Assembly (NCBI GenBank): GCA_964531985.1
Contig: CAZHFC010000001.1
Coordinates: forward strand, 29,572-93,571
Source: an uncultured Bacteroidales bacterium
GTDB lineage: Bacteria > Bacteroidota > Bacteroidia > Bacteroidales > B18-G4
Length of the DNA stretch: 64,000 nt
Direction of reading: 5' to 3'
A program made the translations under genes and the position numbers. This document shows positions 60,136-64,000 of the stretch, piece by piece (the first letter of the stretch is position 1; each line of letters starts with the position of its first letter). Below the pieces are notes generated by a model. It made no database searches, had not been told where the DNA came from, and worked only from the letters and a program-made list of their open reading frames with translations.

Positions 60136-61704
60136 GTGAAACCGGAAAACCAAATGCTTGCCGACAGACTGCAGCGATCCTTCCAGTCCTTCGCTGCCAA
60201 CCATGCCATTAGCATGGGAAAGCAGACCATAACCTATGAAGCGCTGAACGCCAAGGCCTGCCGCATTGGCAATGCCATACAGCATGCCGCTCCCGCATTC
60301 CCGGGGCCGGTAGCCATCCTGGGCAGTGCAGGCCCTGAGACCTGTGCAGCCATTTGTGGCACCCTGTTTTCCGGCAGGGCCTATATGCCACTGAACCCTC
60401 GTTTTCCTGATGCCAGGAACCGGAAGATGCTCGACCTTTCAGGTGTTCGTACCATCTTTTGTGAAATGGCATCCCTTGCCTTGCTCCCCGGCCTGCTTTC
60501 CGACAGGAAAAATATGACGATTATCTGTGAAAATATTCCTGCATCCCTGCCGCAAAGCATGCCGCAACACCGCTTTCTTGCCTGTGAAAATAAGCAGGAA
60601 GAATTGCTGCCGGCAGAAAAACCCTGCCCAGGTGATACAGCCTATCTGCTTTTTACATCAGGCTCTACAGGAACACCCAAAGGCGTGCCAGTTTCCAATG
60701 CGAATGTTACGGCTTATCTCGATCATGTACTGAGCAGGTGGGATTTTTTCGAAGAAGATCGCTTTTCGCAGACTTTTGACCTGACATTCGATCTCAGCGT
60801 TCATGATATGATGGTTTGCTGGCTTTCGGGCGCATGCCTCTGCATTCCGCCCGACCCCTCACCCCTTAAACTGGCTTCATATATCAGGGAGGAAGACCTT
60901 AGTGTATGGTTTTCTGTACCTTCTGCAGCCATGCTCATGGACAGGATGCGCCTGCTTAAAAAGGATGCCTTTGGCAATATCAGGCTTAGCTTCTTTTGCG
61001 GTGAGGCCCTGCCGGTCATCCTTGCCGAAAAGTGGTTTGAAGCGACAGGCGGAAAAGCAGTGATTAACCTGTACGGCCCCACCGAGGCAACCATCGCCAT
61101 CAGTGCCTGTGAGTATGGCAGGGAACAGCCTAAAAGCAAAAACGGCATTGCCTGTATCGGGAAGATCTTCGATAAACAGGAATATTGCCTGCTGGAACCG
61201 GGTACCATGAATGCCGTCAGGCATCAGGGTGAGCTCTGCCTGCGGGGCAGCCAGGTGATCAGCGAATACCTGAATGATGAGGACCTCAACGCAAAATACC
61301 TGCTTGATATCGAAGGAACAGGCCCCGGAAAGTGGTACAGGACAGGCGACCTCGTGGAAGAAGATGCCGGAGGTGACCTCTTTTACCTGGGAAGAACCGA
61401 TGCAGAAGTGAAAATTCTGGGATACCGGGTCAACCTCCACGAAGTCGACGCCATCATGGCAGATGCCTGCGGAACAGCCGAAGTGGCATCGGCGGCCGCC
61501 GAATATAAGGGGCGCATGCTGATCACGGGCTTTGTCGGAGGAGGGAGCAGGCAGGATGAGGCTGCCATTATCCGTCATTGCCGCAAAAGCCTTCCATGGT
61601 ATATGATCCCCGAAAGGATTATATTTGTGGAAGAATTGCCGCTGAATGACAACGGCAAGATCGACAGGAATAAACTAAAGGAGTTGCTCAATGACCAAAA
61701 ATGA
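60136..61704 (+). CDS. Stand-alone amino acid adenylation enzyme, DltA-like
   Basis: Motifs AYLLFTSGSTGTPKGV, TFDLSV, FFCGEAL, NLYGPTEATIA, YRTGDL, VKILGYRV and LPLNDNGKIDR. Confidence 0.88.
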   Translation: MKPENQMLADRLQRSFQSFAANHAISMGKQTITYEALNAKACRIGNAIQHAAPAFPGPVAILGSAGPETCAAICGTLFSGRAYMPLNPRFPDARNRKMLDLSGVRTIFCEMASLALLPGLLSDRKNMTIICENIPASLPQSMPQHRFLACENKQEELLPAEKPCPGDTAYLLFTSGSTGTPKGVPVSNANVTAYLDHVLSRWDFFEEDRFSQTFDLTFDLSVHDMMVCWLSGACLCIPPDPSPLKLASYIREEDLSVWFSVPSAAMLMDRMRLLKKDAFGNIRLSFFCGEALPVILAEKWFEATGGKAVINLYGPTEATIAISACEYGREQPKSKNGIACIGKIFDKQEYCLLEPGTMNAVRHQGELCLRGSQVISEYLNDEDLNAKYLLDIEGTGPGKWYRTGDLVEEDAGGDLFYLGRTDAEVKILGYRVNLHEVDAIMADACGTAEVASAAAEYKGRMLITGFVGGGSRQDEAAIIRHCRKSLPWYMIPERIIFVEELPLNDNGKIDRNKLKELLNDQK

Positions 61705-61957
61705 GATCAGAGAGGCCATTATCCGGCAACTGGAAGAAAAACTGCTGGTGTTTGAGATCAGGCCGGAGGAAGTCACCCCTGATTTCGACCTGGTAAAAAG
61801 CGGTCTGCTCGACAGCATGGCTTTTGTCGACCTCATTGCCGGTATTGAAAATACCTGCGGCATAGAGATCGATTTTGAAGAGGCCACGACCGGCGATGAC
61901 TTTACCAAAATGGGACCCCTGGTCGAATTGATATTTAAAACCATAGATGAAGGATAA
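61691..61957 (+). CDS. Carrier protein (DltC/ACP-like)
   Basis: 88-aa acidic protein with a phosphopantetheine site SGLLDSMAFV. It overlaps the adenylation gene. Confidence 0.85.
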   Translation: MTKNEIREAIIRQLEEKLLVFEIRPEEVTPDFDLVKSGLLDSMAFVDLIAGIENTCGIEIDFEEATTGDDFTKMGPLVELIFKTIDEG

Positions 61958-62438
61958 ACTGCTTATTAGGGAAATAACGAGCAGGGAGGATGTAGTCCTT
62001 CCGGAAGTCAGCAGGCTTTTTACAGAGATGTATGATCATATGCGTGAGCACGGGCTGATGCTCAACATTCCCGCGGATGGCTGTGAGCGCTGGCTTGCCA
62101 CGGCACTGCAGGGCCCTGGACGCTTTTCGAGGCTGATCGTTTGCAGGTCGAACCTGAAGGTGACAGGCTTTGCCCATGCCGGCATCAGGATCACACCCGA
62201 TTACCTCGGCAACAGGAAGGTGGGGGTGATATCCCATGTTTTTGTTGAACCGCAGGTAAGGGGAAGGGGTGCCGGAAAGGAAATGGTAAAAGACCTTGAA
62301 AGATGGTTTGCCGAGAAGCAGGTGCATTCCGTTGAGCTACAGGTACTCACAAAAAATATCCCTGCCGTCGTATTCTGGGAAAAACTGGGATACCTGCCGG
62401 AACTGATGCAATTCAGGAAACCCTTTATTGACGGCTGA
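61947..62438 (+). CDS. GNAT-family N-acyltransferase
   Basis: Motif A (FVEPQVRGRGAGK) and motif B (N.PAVVFWEKLGY). Confidence 0.88.
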   Translation: MKDKLLIREITSREDVVLPEVSRLFTEMYDHMREHGLMLNIPADGCERWLATALQGPGRFSRLIVCRSNLKVTGFAHAGIRITPDYLGNRKVGVISHVFVEPQVRGRGAGKEMVKDLERWFAEKQVHSVELQVLTKNIPAVVFWEKLGYLPELMQFRKPFIDG

Positions 62439-62456
62439 ACAGGCAGATCCCATGCA

Positions 62457-63332
62457 ATGACCTTGAATAAGGATCGAACATATATCCCATGTGCTGAGCT
62501 GGCTCCACGCCTGAAGATTGGGGAAGGGGAAGTGGTGCTGCTGACTTCCGACGTGCTCAGGCTTGCCATGCGGGCTCGCAGGGGAGAAGGAGGTTTCAGC
62601 AGCGAAAAGTTTATTGAAGGTTTTATCACGCAGATCGGGAGTGAAGGGACTCTCCTCATTCCGGCATACAACTTCGACCTGGAGACCGGCGACCGTTTCG
62701 ACATCAGGAAAACCCAGCCCATGACAGGCTCCCTGGCCCTGGCTGCCATGAACCTCCCTGCCTTCTGCCGTACCGCCCACCCCTTGCATTCATTCCTGGT
62801 TGCCGGAAACGATGCCAGCAGGCTCTGTGCCATGAAAAATAACAGCTCCTTTGGCCCCGATTCCCCCTTTGCCTACCTGATGGAAAAAAATGCCCTTATG
62901 GTTTTTGTCGGAACCACACCTGCCGAAGCAATGACCTTTGTGCATTTTGTTGAGGAATCGGAACAGGTATGGTACAGGAAATATAAGAATATCAGCCTGC
63001 ATTATACCGCTGCCGGCGGGACAAGCAGCCGGAGAACATACAGCCTTTTTGCGAAAAAAAAAGGCTGGACCATGAAACTGCATTTGCTGCAGGAAAAGCT
63101 GAAGCAGGGAAATCTGACGGAGACTGAATTCAACGGCGTTCCCGTATTCACCATCCGTTGTGCCGAAGCCTATGACATCATCAGCAAAGACATACGGGAG
63201 CATGCCGCTGCAGGGATTGCCGGATTCAGCACGGGATTATATCTTCGCGATACAATAAAGGAGGCCGCTGTGCGGTTAAAGATATTCAGAACGCTATATG
63301 GCAGGATCAGGAGTGGTAAACGTACTGGTTGA
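62457..63332 (+). CDS. AAC(3)/YokD (Antibiotic_NAT) family acyltransferase
   Basis: Motifs GTLLIPAYN, RTAHPLHSF, SSFGPDSPF and TFVHFVEE. Confidence 0.82.
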   Translation: MTLNKDRTYIPCAELAPRLKIGEGEVVLLTSDVLRLAMRARRGEGGFSSEKFIEGFITQIGSEGTLLIPAYNFDLETGDRFDIRKTQPMTGSLALAAMNLPAFCRTAHPLHSFLVAGNDASRLCAMKNNSSFGPDSPFAYLMEKNALMVFVGTTPAEAMTFVHFVEESEQVWYRKYKNISLHYTAAGGTSSRRTYSLFAKKKGWTMKLHLLQEKLKQGNLTETEFNGVPVFTIRCAEAYDIISKDIREHAAAGIAGFSTGLYLRDTIKEAAVRLKIFRTLYGRIRSGKRTG

Positions 63333-64000
63333 TGACTACGGGCCGCGGACCCAATGGATCTTCAGGCTGATGTTTGAAGAGATCCTCGGCATGCCGTTTG
63401 TCATTAATGGGCCGGATGATGCCCGGGCCAGGGCCGTCCTCAACTATTCCGCGGCTGACATGCCCGGTGTGCCTTCCATCAGACCGGCGGGACTGCTGGC
63501 TGAGCGAAGCATCAGCAGTCAGCAGATCAGCGTTGAAGACCATGACGGAATGCCGGTCTTTTACCGGGTGAAAGGCGGCGACCTGCCCTTCGACCCCTTT
63601 TCCATGGCATTCTACCTGGTTTCTCGCTACGAAGAGTACCTCCCCTTTGAACCCGACAGGCATGGACGCTTCCCGCATACGGCCTCCCTGGCCTGGAAGG
63701 AAGATTTTCTCAAGGAACCGCTGGTTAACCGGCTTGCCATGAGCATCAGGGATCTTTTGCTGAAACATTACCCCGGACTGCCATCCCCCACGGGGAAATA
63801 TTCATTTTTTCCGACGGTCGACGTCGATATGGCATATGCCCACCTGGGAAAGGGCTTTTTCAGGACCGGCGCCGCCATGGCTAAACTGTTGCTAAAAGGT
63901 GAGGCCGGTGAGATCCGTAGCCGTGTCCGCACCATGTCGGGAAAGCAGGAGGATCCGTACGACAATTTTGAACGCATGCACAGGACGTTTGAAGGAAGCG
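63313..64000 (+). CDS. CE4/polysaccharide deacetylase-like protein, copy 2 (runs off the window; absent from the ORF track)
   Basis: A GTG start at 63313 opens a frame with no stop to the window end. FDPFSMAFYLVSRYEEYLPFEPDRHGRF and FFPTVDVDMAYAHLGKGFFRT align with the 57574 gene. Confidence 0.85.
   Translation, partial: MVNVLVDDYGPRTQWIFRLMFEEILGMPFVINGPDDARARAVLNYSAADMPGVPSIRPAGLLAERSISSQQISVEDHDGMPVFYRVKGGDLPFDPFSMAFYLVSRYEEYLPFEPDRHGRFPHTASLAWKEDFLKEPLVNRLAMSIRDLLLKHYPGLPSPTGKYSFFPTVDVDMAYAHLGKGFFRTGAAMAKLLLKGEAGEIRSRVRTMSGKQEDPYDNFERMHRTFEGS

Noticed and set aside
62457-63332. Acquired aminoglycoside resistance gene
   Set aside because: It is embedded in a biosynthetic operon with no mobile context, and the family includes many non-resistance acyltransferases.

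Overview
This is a gene-dense chromosomal window from a Bacteroidota bacterium, probably an anaerobic Bacteroidales relative. The assignment rests on many TAnnTTTG -7 promoter elements, the type IX secretion (T9SS) genes and the gldJ-murF and porU-porV-ispF synteny. Most of it is housekeeping and envelope genes (gcdH-like, deoC, recQ, kdsD, lptB, folC, tonB-exbD-exbB, anmK, murF, ispF, tamL-like, a RecD-like helicase, tRNA-Val, an M16 peptidase, dnaX). I found no CRISPR array, IS element, prophage or rRNA. Five items stand out. (1) An operon at the right edge has a DltA-like adenylation enzyme, a carrier protein, a GNAT, an AAC(3)-fold transferase and an alpha/alpha-toroid protein between two paralogous CE4-like deacetylases; it is a candidate carrier-dependent pathway for aminoacylating a surface glycan, possibly the T9SS anchor sugar. 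(2) Two tandem, diverged PorU sortases both keep their catalytic motifs, and there is a second PorV-family gene. (3) A ModE-like regulator with a ModE box is translationally coupled to a TonB-dependent receptor, next to a tungsten-type AOR and a ThiF/ThiS-MoaD pair. (4) An unannotated 48-aa Cys4 microprotein lies behind a perfect sigma-54 promoter with paired upstream palindromes. (5) A 1490-aa T9SS cargo protein is built from six DUF4397-like repeats. All family assignments come from motif recognition by eye; no database search was run.
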